IMG/VR virus record: IMGVR_UViG_3300021963_000022
Source of the DNA: a virus
Taxonomy: Duplodnaviria; Caudoviricetes
Length of the DNA: 64,000 nt
Direction: 5' to 3' (one strand)
The notes under the pieces are model-generated. The model did no database searches, had not been told where the DNA came from, and saw only the letters and a list, made by a program, of their open reading frames with translations. Both the position numbers and the translations under genes were made by a program. Shown here piece after piece: positions 18,901 to 34,300 of this stretch. Position 1 is the stretch's first letter, and the number at the start of each line of letters is the position of its first letter.

Positions 18901-19293
18901 GTGTTAAATAGTGTAAGATTTAAGCCATTGTTTGGACACAAAGCAGAAGAACAATTGCAAGCTACTATAAAAGTTATTAGATCCTCAACCACAACAGCAA
19001 GTGATAGTGAAATTAGATCCAGAGTATTAGAAGCAATGAACACCTATTTTAGTATAGACAATTGGGACTTTGGTGATACTTTTTATTTTAGTGAGTTAAG
19101 TGCATACCTACATAGTCAAGTCGGGGACTTAGTTAATTCTATTGTACTTGTACCCAATGATCCTGAAATGCAATTTGGTGATTTGTATGAGATACGCTCC
19201 GCACCATATGAAATATTTGTTAATGCGGCACAAGCAACCGATATTGTAGTGATTTCAGCACTAACGCCTAAAGAGTTACAAATTACAAGATAA
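15937..19293 (+). CDS. gp6: Baseplate wedge subunit gp6-like
   Basis: DFQSYDYETIR...DYVESSEY, NFIDTAERRDSV, TQNRMVNGEDY; C-terminal WDFGDTFYFSELS. Confidence 0.85.
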   Translation: MATSSRQSSIFGTNDWKTIYKTFRQADFQSYDYETIRKSFVDYLRLYYPETFNDYVESSEYIALMDVMAFMGQALAFRNDLNTRENFIDTAERRDSVVKLANLIGYNPKRNLNGQGYLKVTSISTTENINDINGLSLNNINVLWNDPSNVNWQEQYNTIINASLVNSQRIGRPGNTQTLLGVKTDEYSISIPPGKSPVVPFSATVDGSTMDFEGVSVSSIDQDYLYEIPPGPTGIFNILYRNDKLGYGSPNTGFFMYFKQGTLQPFDFTLDQQISNQTVDIDIQGINNTDTWLYQYDSASNTYSQWDEVESVYANANLQTNTSLRKIFSVVSRFNDQVSYAFGDGVFSEIPVGNFRAYIRAGNASQYTIDPAEMQGIIVNINYVSRVGRVETLTLNLELPLPVTNAQVRESLTEIKERAPTRYYTQNRMVNGEDYNNFPYTLFSSIIKSKALNRGSVGVSRSFDLLDPTGKYSSLNSFADDGGLYENTSQDAVAFTFNNDNDIYTFLTENIRADIAGHRSQQYYCQHYTRYPVNTTSGDGTIKWKQVGYNNTNVTGYFYNTLAVPVGQYSSGNLRYVTPGALLKFQAPAGYYFDANNRLVYGIPSISDSTTFWTSVSAVVGDGYNGGEGLLINGAGPVTLTGNVPTTALIVEIIPVFDNVLSRTVINECINRMNLNQSFGLKYNNSLTSIQERWSVITYDDPRWFIKFTSDGSNRYIVSTRSLSYFFGSVRDTRFVFDSNKVVYDPYSGKLFRDNIVILRTNNQPDSTSALARELTLDVVGQNVEADGYVDDFAIEVSSADSNNSSIIRDPDFFKTITGYTTGTTNTRYYTFFEQTLDTLLLSRSQMISSVDVVYSYPTVAAIEIVKYEYPVGQLFYAYSEGTFYKNTEDPIVENILYLVQQLAYSVSTGRQGLFFQYKHISNNTTRVDPATSNIIDLYVVTQSYYTQYQNWLRDTTNTVPMPDIPTMSELQQLYGKLDGYKMISDSMVLNSVRFKPLFGHKAEEQLQATIKVIRSSTTTASDSEIRSRVLEAMNTYFSIDNWDFGDTFYFSELSAYLHSQVGDLVNSIVLVPNDPEMQFGDLYEIRSAPYEIFVNAAQATDIVVISALTPKELQITR

Positions 19294-19308
19294 AAGAAAG
19301 TATAACAG

Positions 19309-22300
19309 ATGGTTTCAAGAGTTAGAACAATAAATTTCTTACCAGACATATTCAAAACTAAAGCCAACGAACAGTTTCTGTCAGCGACTCTGGATCAACT
19401 TGTTAGTCAACCTAACACGATGAAGGTCCAAGGGTACATTGGTAGTAAGTTTGGTTATGGAATTAATGCAAAAGATGGGTATGTTGTAGAACCTACTAAA
19501 GTAAGAACTGACTACCAACTTGAACCTAGTGTAGTTTTCTTAAAAAAGAATACTGCAACAGCAGTTGATTTACTTACTTATCCTGGATTAATTGATGCAT
19601 TAAAACTAGAAGGTGGCATCACCGACCAGCATGACAATCTATTCTCTAATCAATTCTATTCATGGGATAGTTTTACTGATTTAGATAAGTTAATCAATTA
19701 CAATCAGTACTACTGGTTACCATTGGGTCCAGAATTAGTTACCGTTTCTACCAATGACGTTTATAGCCAAACAGAATTCACTGTAGTACCTAATGGAAAT
19801 TATATTAACTTTAGTGCAGATAACTTAATTGTACCTGGCAATAACCCAACAATCAGTTTACTACGCGGTGGCACATATCAATTTGTTGTTAATCAATCAT
19901 CGCAATTTTGGATTCAAGGTACACCTGGTCTTAAAGGTACTGACCCAGTTCATACCAACATAGGTACACGAAATATATATGGTCTAACTAACAATGGTAC
20001 AAGCTCAGGGGTAATGACATTCCAAGTTCCATTTCAATCAGATCAAAGCTATGCGTTTTATCCAAGCACACAATCTGTTGATTTATTAACCACAAAATCT
20101 TGGGATGAAATTAATGGCATGCGTGTCAGAGATTTAGGCAATATTGATGGTGTTGTATCGCTTGACGGAAGAACTATTGTGTTCTACGGTAATAGTCCTA
20201 CTGCACAAGGTTACATTGGGGAATTCTATGATGAATTTTCATTTGATGAAGATAATCCGGTAGTTAAACCATATGAAGATGGATACTATACAGATTTAAA
20301 CAAAAACATATATAGAATTAGTTATGTTGGGGACCCAGATGATCCTGTAATTCGTGTCACCGAACATGCTACTATCGTTCAACTAGATAGAATCAAAGTA
20401 TTGTATGGTGACGAGTTTGCATTCAATGAAGTATATACTGATGCTTTAGCTAATATGTACATAGTACCGTACTTAAGTGCTTTAGCAGATACATTGTATT
20501 ACCAAGATGGTTCAAATGTTGACCGTGTTGGTGTTATTAAAATTATTGATGCTATTTCTAACAATCAACTTAATGTTAACACACAAATCTTAGGTAAGAA
20601 AACATTTACTAGTCCTAATGGTGTACAATTTACTAATGGATTAAAAGTAACTTTTGCGGGCAACATATATCCAGAATCATATTTTGGTAATGAATACTAT
20701 GTTGAGGGTGTAGGTACTGCTATTACACTATTGCCTGTGACAAACTTTATCGTCCCTGAACCAGCCGGACAAGCATATTACAACCCTTATAGCGTAAGCC
20801 CATACGATACAGAAGCATATGATAGTGCATCCAACGTACCTTTAGCTAAAGACTACATTACTATTAGCAGAAACAGTTATGATAGGAATGCATGGAGTAG
20901 AAGTAATCGTTGGTTCCACGTTGATGTATTACGTGCAACAGCACAATATAGAGGTAATGAAGCACCGGTTGTACTTGAAGCGTTGAATAATTCAAACTTC
21001 CGTGCTAAACGTCCTATTATAGAATTTTATCCTAACTTAAAGTTATATAATCAAGGGTCAGTTAGTAAAGGATCAGTTGATTTTGTTGATTCAGTAGTTA
21101 CAGATCCTTTTGGTTATGATGGTTCAACACCTATTTGTTCTGGTGCAACAACCTTTTATCCAAATAGCGGAACCAGTGCAATACCGGGTGGTGTAAAGAT
21201 TGTCTTTACTGCGGCAGAAGATATAAATGTTAGAAACAAAGTATACCTTGTAACTTACTCTAACATTACAGGTTCGCCAACAGCTACACCTGTAATTACA
21301 TTAACTGTTGCAGCCGACGGTGATGTAAGTGCAAACGATCAAGTAGTAGTAACTGCAGGTGATTATATTGGTCAAACATATCACTTTAATGGAACAGACT
21401 GGATCAGTGGTCAATTTAAAGAAAGAGTTAATCAAGCTCCGTTGTTTGATGTATTTTCTTCTAGCGGTATAAGTTTTAGTGACCAAGAATACTATTTAGG
21501 AAGTAGCTTCAGAGGATGTACGCTATTTGAATATGCATTAGGTACTGGCTCTGATGATCCGCAATTAGGTTTTCCATTAAAATATAGCTCACTTACAAAC
21601 ATAGGTGACATTACGTTCAATGTAACATTGAACAATCAAACATTTACATATGTTGAGGGTTCTACACCGCAATCTTTATCAGTTGATACAGGATATGTTT
21701 ACAAATATATACCTACTACTGCTACATATGCTAGACAACTTGGATGGCAAACAACTGTTGGTGAAAGTTTCCAGTATCAAGTTTTTGAATTAATTTATAA
21801 TTCTGGTATACCAAAATTTGTATGTGATGTTCCGTATAAAGATCCTGAGTCAACACCATGGCCAGTAACTCAAGTCTATGTTAATAACGAAAGACTAGCT
21901 CCAACTGCATATACTCGAACAGTCGATAGTCAAAATAGTACAATCATTACATTGAATACTGCACCTTTGCCAGGCGCACCAGTACAAGTATTAATTTATA
22001 GTGATATACCAAGTTCAGTTGGTTACTATGAAATTCCTACTAACTTACAAAACAACCCGTTCAATACACCTGTGTCAAATGCTAACTTGGGTGATATTAG
22101 AGGTCATTATAAGAGTATTTGTAACAACATTACTACTTTAGTAGGTGCACCTTTTGGAGCTAACAACTACCGTGACTTAGGTAATCTAGTACCTTATGGC
22201 ACTAGAATCACTCAGAGTAGTGCTAGTTTAGTTCCTGCTGCCGCATTCTTACGCAATCAAGATTTTAGTATTTTTAATGCATTGACATTTAACAATAATG

Positions 22301-25300
22301 AATATATTAAGTTTAAAGCGTTACTAACAGATACAATCAACAGAACTGAATACAACAGAACATACTCCGATGCATATATTTTAGATGATGCATTGGCACA
22401 AATTGCAGGTACAAAAGATAATTCTAGTGCATTCTTCTGGTCTGATATGGTTCCTAATGGAAACAAATCAGCTAGCAATTCATACACGTTTGTAAACTTT
22501 ATTAAGCAATCAGAGTTCCCATTAACTAGAATATATGATTTTGCAACTGCCAACTACTACAGCGTTTTGCTATATGTTACTAGAACTACAAATGGTGAAG
22601 TGCATACCACTCAATTATTGAGAGGGGTTGACTATGATATTAGTACAGACGCACCTAAAGTTATTGTATACTTTGACTTATTACCAAATGACGTAATAAC
22701 TATTGATGAGTATTCGCAAACTTACGGAAGTTTTGTACCAAACACTCCATCCAAGATGGGATTGTATCCAGTAAGCACTCCACAAGTTATATATGATACA
22801 ACTTATGTTACACCTACATACTTTATTAAAGGTCATGATGGTAGTTTAACTAAATTGTACGGTGAATACACTGATGGGTATCTATCTGACTACAGAGATA
22901 GAGCATACTTAGAATTTGAAAAGAGAATTTTCAACAACATTAAAACTAGTAATGTTATACCGTTAACTTTACCTGATATTATGCCAGGTGAATTTAGAAC
23001 CACTGACTACACATATGAGGAGTTTCAGCAAATATATAGTTATGGTTTCTTGAACTGGGTAGGTAAAAACAGAATTGATTATAAAACTCAATACTTTGAT
23101 ATCACAAATCAATATACTTACAACTACAGTCAATCTATAAACAAATCAGATTACACACCTTTAAAACAAGGCAACTGGAGAGGTATATACTTATGGTTCT
23201 ATGATACTGCTACTCCGCAATCTACTCCATGGGAGATGTTAGGGTTTTCTGAGAAGCCGACCTGGTGGGAAACACGTTACGGTGTCGCACCATACACCAG
23301 TGATAACTTGGTATTATGGAACGACCTAGCCGATGGTTACGTTTGGAATAACGGAGCATCTTACACAATTGAGAACAGAAAACGTCCAGGACTATTAGAT
23401 GTGTTGCCAGTAGATAGTAGTGGTAACTTAGTAAGTCCAGCTATCAGCGTAGTGAATGCGTATGATACTAACTCAATTAACAAGAATTGGAAAGTAGGGG
23501 ACGTTGGTCCTGCAGAGTATGGTTACTTAAAGAGTAGCTCATGGCCCTTTGACTTAATGCGAATGTTTGCTTTAATGAAGCCAGCAAAATTCTTTGCGCT
23601 ATGCATTGATGTTGACAGCTATGAATATAATGCAGAATTCAATCAGTATTTAGAAAATGCTAGATTACGTAGCCCGCTAAATGATCTACCTGTATACGGT
23701 AATGGTACAGCAGTAAACAGTTATGTTAACTGGATTGTTGACTACATCCAACAATTGGGTATGAGTGGACATGATAAAGTATCTGACCTAGTTAATAACC
23801 TAGATGTACGTTTAGCATATAGAGTTGCGGGCTTCAGCGACAAAGATATGTTAAAGTTCTATGTTGAAAAAGGTAGCCCAAATAGTAAGAACAACAGCTT
23901 GTTGATCCCTGACGAGAGTTACGGAGTATTGTTATATAACAATCAACCGTTCACTAAAGTAGTTTACAGTTCAGTTATTATACAAAAGACTATTAATGGT
24001 TATAAAGTATACGGTAACAGTCAGAATACTGCGTTCTTTAAAACGTTAGTACCTAAGATGAATGGCAACTATGACAAATATGTTGTAGCGGATGTAACAA
24101 TTTATGTTAGCAAAGAATACACCGACAAAACACTAATAGTACCATACGGCACTGAGTTTTATAGTGTACAAGCGTTGTCTGAGTTCTTAATTAACTACGG
24201 TCGTTATTTAGAGAACGATGGTATGATATTTAACAATATCGAAAACGGTATTGTTGAGAACTGGGAACAAATGGTTGCTGAAGCAATCTACTGGACACAA
24301 AGTGGTTGGGAAGCTGGTAGTACAGTTAATGTAAATCCGGCAGCTACTAATCTAAAAATTAATAAAGAAAGTGGAATTGTTCAACCTTTAACATTCCATC
24401 AACAAAACTATGTGTTGAATCAAAACTTAATACCAATCCAAGTCAAAGATATGAGCTTGATTAGAAACGGTACTGAGTTTGAATTAAATGTGTTACAAAA
24501 TACAGATACTTTTAGTTACATGACTGCTAACATTAGCAACTATGAGCACTGCATTGTATTTGATAACGTTACACTATTCAATGATGTGATTTACAATTTA
24601 GTTACAGGCTTACGTCAAGAACGTGTTTTAGTTAAAGGTGTTAAGTCTGCTGAATGGAACGGACAAGTTGATGCACAAGGATTTATCTTAAATCAAGATA
24701 ATATACAAGAATGGCAAGAGAATATAAAATACACTAAAGGTGTGATTGTATTGTACAAAAACAGTTACTATACTAGCACAAAGATTGTTCAACCTAGTAG
24801 CACGTTCAATGAAACTGAATGGGTAAAAACCGATTACGATTCAATACAGAAAGGGTTATTACCTAACCCAAGCACACGTTCATATGAAAGTTTGTTGTAC
24901 TATGACATTCATAATACAAACTTAGAGAATGATGCTGATTTATTAAGTTTTAGTTTGATTGGTTATAGACCACGTGATTATTTAGCCGTTGCTAATTTAG
25001 ATGATGTGACTCAAGTTAATGTATTCATTAATATGATTGAATCTATGGGTACATTAGGTGGTGCAAATCAATTGAAGAACATTACTGTACCTCAAGGTCA
25101 ATTAGGCTATGACATATATGAAAACTGGGCTATCAAAACAGGCGAGTTTGGTGGCGTACTTAATCAGAATTTTATCGAGTTCAAGTTAGCTGAAAACGAA
25201 TTGACAGGTAATCCAGGTATTATTGGTGTGACTAATGGTATAGAAGTAGTAGAAGGTGTTGAACAATCAGTACCGTTATACTCACTAACAAATTACGGCA

Positions 25301-28300
25301 GAGTGTTAAACAATATCGCTGTACTACCTACTGTAGATGACATCAGTGTTAAGAGTTTACCTGATGCGGGCTATGTAAACTTTGATGACGTAAAAATTCA
25401 CAGTTATAATTTCAATGGTTTATATCGTGCTAATCAACCTATTGAAAAATTATACAATGGTGACTATATTTGGTTAGCTGATTATAAAGGTAACTGGAAT
25501 GTATACACACCTGTACCATTAAGCACGTTAACCAAACAAGGTATAGTATTAATATCAGTTGAAAACAATCTTACAGGTACAGCAACATTAACATTTAATA
25601 AGGCGCACGGTCTATCTAAGAATGATTTGATTGGTGTAATTAATTTCAATGAAGACATTGATGGTTATTATAATGTAGATAAAATTATTAGCGAAACCAG
25701 TATATCAATTACAGTTACTTTGCAAGGTGCTACATTAAAACTTAGAGGTAGCGGAGTAGTATTTAAGTTAGTAACACATCGTGTAGACACACCTAGTGAC
25801 ACAACTTCTTTACCTATCTTAGGACAAGAATTTGAAAAGTTTAAAGTTTGGGCAGATCAAAACTCAGATGGTAACTGGGCTGTATATGAAAGAGATGACA
25901 GATATAAATACGAGGATTTTAATAAACCATTCTTTACTACTAATTTTGGTAGTTCTGCTGTATATGTACCTGAATTAGGTTACTTAATTGGCGATACCGG
26001 TGAAGGTAAAGTTTATCTTTATACATATAATCCTATTGCAAAACAATATTTAAACACTTTAGAGATTGATGAAGGTAGTAATTTTGGTAGTTCAATGGAA
26101 ACTGCTGGTAACACTGTAGTAGTTGCTAAGACTACAAGTGCATCCAGTGATATTTATGTATATTCTGTAGTTACTGAATATGGTATCAACCAAATTATAG
26201 GACAGCAAGTAATATCGTTAGGTGGATATTGTGGCTACAGTATGGCTTTATCCGGTGATACAGATTGGTTATACATATCTGACAATACAAATAATAAAGT
26301 TTATATCTATCAATTAGATGCAGACTATACTCGCACTAACACAACTTACCCGCTAGATGGTAATGTTACTGCAGGATCTAATACATTTGTAGTTAATGGT
26401 AATAGAACTTCTACGTTTGTATCAGGTACTAAAGTTTCTTTCTCTAGTGCTGACTATTCACCTGTATATACTATTATTTCGTCTAAATGGGATATCGTAC
26501 TCAACAAGACTACAATAACATTGGGTAAAGAAATTCAAACTAACATTATTACTGCAACTGCTACATATATTGCTACTACTAATTACACTAGTTGCGGTTA
26601 TATAGATTTACCTGACTCATCTGCTGATGACAATTTTGGTAGTCAAGTAACAACAAACCATGATGGCTCTATGGTATTCATTAATTCTCCTAACAGAGAA
26701 TATGATGGTGAATATGAAACATGGGCACCTAGTACAACTTATACTGCAGGAACTGTTTTGTTAAACAGTGGTACGTACTATAAAGTACTTGCAGACGCAC
26801 CGGGTGCATTGACATTCTCTCTTATAGCTAGTTATGTAAGCGAACTAAAAGACATTGGTTACGTGTATGCATTTGAGAGATTAACTCAAACTTACGAACA
26901 ACAGTATAATGCATTACCGTTAGTACCCACATTGTTCACAACAATATGGTCTTCATCTACATTACACCCTACGCCATTCTTATACCTTAACGGTGTAAAA
27001 CTAATTGATGGTGCAGACTATGCAATTGTAACAGATACAGTCACAGTTGATACACAAGTTAATGCAGGTGATATCATAACTGTGTCAAGCTCTGAGTTCG
27101 TACTTAAACAAGTACTATCATACTATGATACTATTTCAGACTCACAAAACAATACTGAATTTGGATATGGATTAGATACAAACAAATACGGTAATGAAGT
27201 ATTAGGTGGATCACCGTACATTATTAATAGCGACGGTCAAGAAGGCGCAGTCTTTAGATTTACTGATGGTGGTAAAAAATACGGGATGATTATAGGAACA
27301 ACGAATGCATCATTATCATCACCTACACCAATACTAATCAATGGCTTTGAAGTAACAGTTTCTGGAACGGCAGCAGAAATTGCAACAACAATTAACAACA
27401 CGCATATTAATAATGTAGTTGCATATAATTCAAATGGTATATTAGTAATAGGTTTGCGTGATGTAAGTTTGAATCCGATTGGTAACAAACTGTCAATTAC
27501 TGTAACTGATAAGACTATATTGGAAGAGTTAGGTATAGCACCATATACAAAAACTCAACGTATTGAAGAAATTTATAGTGGTACTAGAACACAATTTGGT
27601 GCTGCAATTAGATGTAATGAGTTGAGTAGTTTTGTAGTAAGTGCTCCTGTAACAACACGCCGTGCTATTACTAGATTTGATTACATTGATGACAATCAAA
27701 ACAACGATACTATATTTGACAATGACTTCACTACCTTTATTGATGGGTTTGCAAACGCAGGTGCAGTCTACATGTATGACTATCTACCTAAGTATAATGA
27801 AAATATCAATAATCCAGGACAGTATGTATTTGCTCAATCATGTAATGATGTTACTGAAGACTACGGTTATGAACCTAATTATGGTCAAGCGTTGTTCTTT
27901 GGTGGTTATCGTGTATTAATCGGTACACCTAACTTTGATAGTACAGCATACAACGGACGTTTAGTAATTTACAAAAATGCAGAAAACAAAGCTGACTGGA
28001 GTGTTCATAGATCAAGTAGTCTTGTAGTTGATATTGATAAATTGCAAGGTGTTCAGTTATACAATAACTTAGATAACACAACATTGACTTCACTAGATTA
28101 TATTGATCCGTTACAGGGTAAACTATTAGGTGCAGTACGTGAAAATATTGATGTGGTTTCTAGTAGTGATCCTGCAGGCTATAACATTAATAACGTATCT
28201 ACTAATGTAGTATGGGGTGCTGGACATGTTGGAACTATCTGGCTAGATGTATCAGGTATGCGTTTTGTTAACTATCATCAAAATGATGTAGTGTACAATA

Positions 28301-31300
28301 GTGAGTATTGGGGTAAAGTGTTTACCGGCAGTGATGTAGCTGTATACTCGTGGATCGAAAGCACAGAGACTCCTGCATTCTATACTGGTACAGGAACACC
28401 GTACGATTTAGAAAAATACGCATCAACAGTAATCCTAGATAGCGCAGGTAATTTGATAGCCAAATACTATTACTGGGTAAGAGACACTGGTATAGTGTTT
28501 ACTAAGAAGGGTAAAACTTTAGCCGATGTTATATTAGAGACATATATTGAAGATCCGCAAGGATCTGGTATAAGTTATTTTGCACCGTACACACCTAACG
28601 TATTTGGTCTGTATAACGCAAGAGAGTATTTAAATACTACTAATACAAGTATTCACATTGGCTTCAGTACTGGTACCAACGATGACGTAGCACACAATGA
28701 ATATCAATTGATTCGTGAAGGTTATGCAGGTGATTTCTTAAATGGTATCCCGTCAGCAGCCAATTCGTACAGCGAACCTACAAGCTTGTACAATCGATTA
28801 CTAGACAGCATGGCTGGTTTAGATGAAGCAGGTTTATTAGTACCTAATCCATACTTACCAAAGTTATTGCAACGTGGTATTTCAAGCAGACCATCACAAA
28901 GTTTCTTTGTTGATAGATTCACTGCACTTAAGAATTATCTAACTTACGCAAATGAAGTTATGGCATCATTCCCGATCGTAGAATCTAAAAGCCCTACATT
29001 CTTAACTAAAGTTGGTGCTGTTAATCCTAGTAACGATCTACCTTTCTATGATACTAGTAATGTTTGGGAGTATGTTGATTGGTGGGCAGTTGGTTATGAC
29101 AATAACACTAAGACAGCATTTGACGTACCTAAATACTATAACTTAGCTGAGTTAAACCCGGTTGAAGGTTTATTAGTAGGAGTTGAAACTAACAGTGACG
29201 GTAAACGTGAAGTATATATATATCAAAATAGTACATGGAACCGTATTGGATTACAAGACGGTACTATTCAGTTTAAGAGTATACTATGGGACTATGGATC
29301 AAATAGACTTGGCTTTGGTAACTTCTTTGATACTACACCGTTCGATAGTTTCCCATCACAGGAAACTAGAAATGTAATTCGTGCATTGAATGAAGAAATC
29401 TATACAGATGATTTGTTGATAAACAGAAATGTTAGTTTAATTTTATTATTGAAATACATTGAAAGTGAAAACATTGAATCACAAAATTATTTACCATGGT
29501 TAAACAAAACATCGTTTATTGATGTTGCACATACAATACGTGAATTGCGTGAGTATGAAAAGTTTCAGCGTGATAACGTTGATTTCCTGTCAGGTTATAT
29601 CAACGAAGTTAAACCATACCATGTAGTAATTAAAGATTTTTACTTGAAGTATTCTGGTGTAAATGTATATCAAGGTGATATTACTGACTTTGATCTACCA
29701 TCGATGTATAACAAAGATAACGAACAATTTATAACACCAACATTAAAATTTGATTCAACGACAGGTGATGCCGAGTTCTTGCCCACAGCAAGTATATGGG
29801 ATACTCCTGAATATGCAAGTTGGTATCAAAATTATGGTTTAGTTATCACTGGACAACTCAATACCTATGTTGGTAAGATTAAGAGACAATTAACGACAGT
29901 TAGTAACACGATTTTGATTGGCAACACATTTGGATTCCCTGTACAAGGTTTAATTAGAATTGACGATGAATTGATTACATATACCGGTGTTAATAGAGAA
30001 TTAGGAATATTAACAGGCGCCTCTAGAGGTTATAATGGTACTACAGTATCTTCACATGATTACAACTCATCTGTATATATGGATATACCGGGAGTAGTTG
30101 TGTATGATACTGCGAGAGGTTATGTAGATCCTCCTATTATTAATGCAGTAATAGATACAAGTATATATCCTGCACCAAGAGTACCTGCAAGATTCCGTGC
30201 AGTTATGCAAGTGGATAAAGTTATTGGTGTAGATGTATTAAATCCAGGTGAAGGTTATGTTGTCACACCTAGACTAGAATTTCAATCTAGTATGTCAATT
30301 GATTTTACTAACTTTGATATTAACTATATAGATAGTACTATCACAATTCAATCTACTGCCTTTGTTACAGGTGATTGCTTAGAGTATAGTACAAGTAATT
30401 TTAATGTAACTGGATTGACAGAACACTCTCATTACTATATTAGAATACTTACATCTAATGTTATTGAGAGTATCATTGCGTTGTACTATACTAAGAATGA
30501 TGCAATGGTTAATTCTAATAGAGTGATTCTATTTGATTCAGGTAACACTGTTAATGCTAAATTAAGCATGACACCACGTGCTGAAGTAATTATGGGCAGA
30601 AGTGGTGTCAGAAGTATTAAACCTATATTAAAGTTTGATAGAACATCATATAGACCATTAGTAGAAGAATGGGTACCAGGTAACTTTTATGGTTCTGGAT
30701 TAAACATATTAAACTCAAGTAGTAGTGAAATGTTAGCCATAGCACAACCATATGAAGATATGCCTAAAGTTAATCGTGGAGTAACAAATGCCGCATTGTT
30801 TGTAGTTCAAAACGTATTGATGGGTAGTTATTTTGATGTTACTGAAATTACTGAACCTGGATTAGGATACAGTGTTGGTGATACTATAGTGGTACCTGGT
30901 ACTGATATGGATTCAACATGGGCTAGTCCAGGCAATGACTGTACTATTACAGTAGCAACCGTTGATATTGCAGGAGCTATTACTAGTGTTACGGTAGCCG
31001 GTTCTCCTGGTCTTGTAACTAGAAGTAGTTTACAGGGTGCATTATTTCCAATATTGGGAGTAACATCAGTGGGCGGCCAAGCTAATGTTACTTTAGATTT
31101 TAGTATATCTGGTTTAGATTCTAGTAAGTTAAAAAACTTAAACTTGTATTTCTACAATACACTACCTCCTTACACATATGATGATTCTGCCGCCGGTGGC
31201 GCAGTAATTAAAGTTTATAGACCTAAATTTACACCTAGTAAAGTGTTAAACGAATATGTTATAACTATTATTAATAATGGTGCTATATACAATGCTGGTC

Positions 31301-34300
31301 AAAAGATTACTATTTTAGGTTCAGTATTGGGCGGTGTAAATGTAGTTAATGATGCTACTATTACTATCACTAGTGTAACCAGCTTAAATGCAATTCAAAC
31401 TGCATTTGTGTCTGGTGTAGCTGTTGGTGGATTTAGGTCTTATTATGTAACACCTATTAGTAGTACAACTATAAAGATATTTAATGATATCAATATGACT
31501 ATTCCTACTCCAGTAGCAAGTTTCCCTTACACCGTAGGAGATCAAGGATTTGTTAACGATCCTGCACTAGCAACAAGTAGCTCAAGTTATAACTACACAA
31601 ACTATGTTGTTTATAAAGACAAGATATTTAAATGTGTTCAAGACACCAACAGTCGTACTTTCTTATACGATCAGTGGGAAGAAGTAGATTCTAATCTTGA
31701 GTTGTTCAATGCTTTGGATCGTATTGTTGGTTATTATCAACCAACAAGCGACATGCCTGGCAAAAACTTGCAAGGGCTTGTTAAAGGTATAACATATACT
31801 AATAATACATATTATGGTAATCAGTTCGCACCAGAAGATCAATATCCATTAGATATCAATCTAAAAGGTCAATACTTCTATCCAGCATATGTTGATATTA
31901 GAAGTATTACGTATGACGGGACACAATATGTTGCTGTGGGTGAAAATGATAGTAACTCAGTTGTATTAAAGAGTACTAATGGCACAACTTGGAGTATTGC
32001 AATTATTTCAGAGCAACCATTGGACGTACGTGATATTGTATACGATAGTACAGCCGGTGCATATGTTATAACATCATACAATTCTACTACTCCTGTGTTG
32101 ATTAGTTTTGACGCTATTACTTGGGCGTCAAGCGGCCCATTCACACCGTACGATATTGGTGGGTATGACGATGATCCTTTTGATAGAACATCTATTAACC
32201 TATCTAATATGCAAATGGTCGGGGACACATATGGTAACGGCTTATATGTTAGTGTAGGTAATAGATATATTATTACCAGCGATAATGGAATAAGTTGGGA
32301 GAAACGTTTCGACTTTGGTGATACAACTCGTACATTGAATGCAGTATCATATGCAAACTTAACTGCATTTGATGGCTTTGTTGCTGTGGGTGGACATACC
32401 TCTACTAGTACTGGCTCTGGCACTATAACATACGGTGATATTGTAATCAGCTATGATGGTGTTAATTGGACTTATTTAACTCCTCCGTTAACTGGTTATA
32501 AGCTGTATGGTGTGGCTGCTGATAGCACATATATTGTTGCTGTTGGTGAATCAGGTGTAACTTATTACACAACCAATGGTAGTAACTGGGTTACTGGACA
32601 AGTATTATCTTCTGCTGACTTTTATGATTTAGTGTATGCTAATGGATTGTTTGTTGCTGTAGGTGAAGGTGGAGAAATCTATACTTCTACTGATGGACAA
32701 GTATGGACAAGCAGTACATCTGGTGTCACTGATAACCTTAAAGGTGTATATTACAACGGTACTCAGTATGTAGCAGTAGGTGATAATTCTACTATATTGT
32801 TTAGTTCGGATGCTATTACATGGACTAAGGTCGGATTGTTGCAACAGAATGCACCGTTCTATGACGTACAGGGTTCATCATTTGATTATGGTTATGCACC
32901 GGAAGAAATGGTTGCAGGTGTAGTTAGTGATAATTTATCCATGTATGTAAAATCTAGACCAAGTGGGTCATGGGATTATCAAACATATCAGCATACTGGA
33001 TTCAGTATGGTGTCAAGAGTGGCATCACCTGATGTGAATAACACGGTAAGTTTTGATGGGTTAGTTGATATCCCTGCAACTGTATCTGTGTTTGTAGTAG
33101 ATCCTATTACGTTAATTGGAAATCGTATTTACGAAAGCACATCAGTTACTAATATCAACTACACTTATACAGTGGATTGGACTAACAAGACAATAACACT
33201 TGATAATGCATTAACTAGTAATGAAACTATCTTAATAGAAGTATATGAAGTTGGTGGCGGCAGTCAGCTTGCTAAAGATTCTACTGACAACGTTCCGTTA
33301 AGAATAAACAATATTAACGGATTTAGCGAGATACATTTGGGTTATAAATATGATAGTCAAATATATTTTACTCCTATATGTTTCTTAAATGGTGTTAAGT
33401 TAACATATATTTCTGATTTTTACTTAGATACTACAAGTCAAGGAACTACTAAGATTTCCTTCAATGATACATATGTACAAGGTGTTGACTACATCACCTA
33501 CACTATTTTTGGTAATACTGTTTCAACAGGACAACCTGAGCAATATGGTTTTAGTATCCCTGAAACACAAGTTATTGTAGCTGATGGTACTGCTACATCA
33601 TGGGCGTTAGATAATTTTGTATATTATATTTCACCGTTGGACACAGCATCACAGCTTTCAGTAAATGATACTGCTATTGTTGAAATCAATGGTATAAGAA
33701 AAACTACACCAGCAGATTTAACATATAACATTACACCTAATATCTCTGCAATTATAAGTGTGTCTGCAGCCAATGCATTCTCATTTGTTATAGCTACGTA
33801 TCCAGATATAGATAAAGTAGTTGCAGGAAGTAATATTACATTTGGATCTGATCCCACGTTGTATCCAATCACTGCAAGTAATGTAGACCCCGGTGACTCA
33901 TCATTATGGACATTAACAACTACAGGAGCACCTAGCGTATTGCCCGGTACTGGAGTAGTAGTTTCTGCTATTATCGTATTTGATACCGCACCTTCAGCAG
34001 ATGATATTGTAGCAGTAACAACTTTTAACGATACTCGTCAACAAGCATTAGTGCTAGATACTGATACTAATTTCGAAGTAAATCAAATTTATTATATCAA
34101 TAATAGTATTACACCTGTGCAACTTGTATTAGCAAATCCAATTGGATCCGGCGCTTGGGCTAATGGTACTATGATTAGAATTGATGGTATCGAAGGTAGT
34201 GTTCAGTTAAATAACAATATATTTTATGTAAAACAAAATACTACAAATACATATGCGTTATTTCTTGATCCTGCAACCACTACACCCTTGCAAAGTAAAT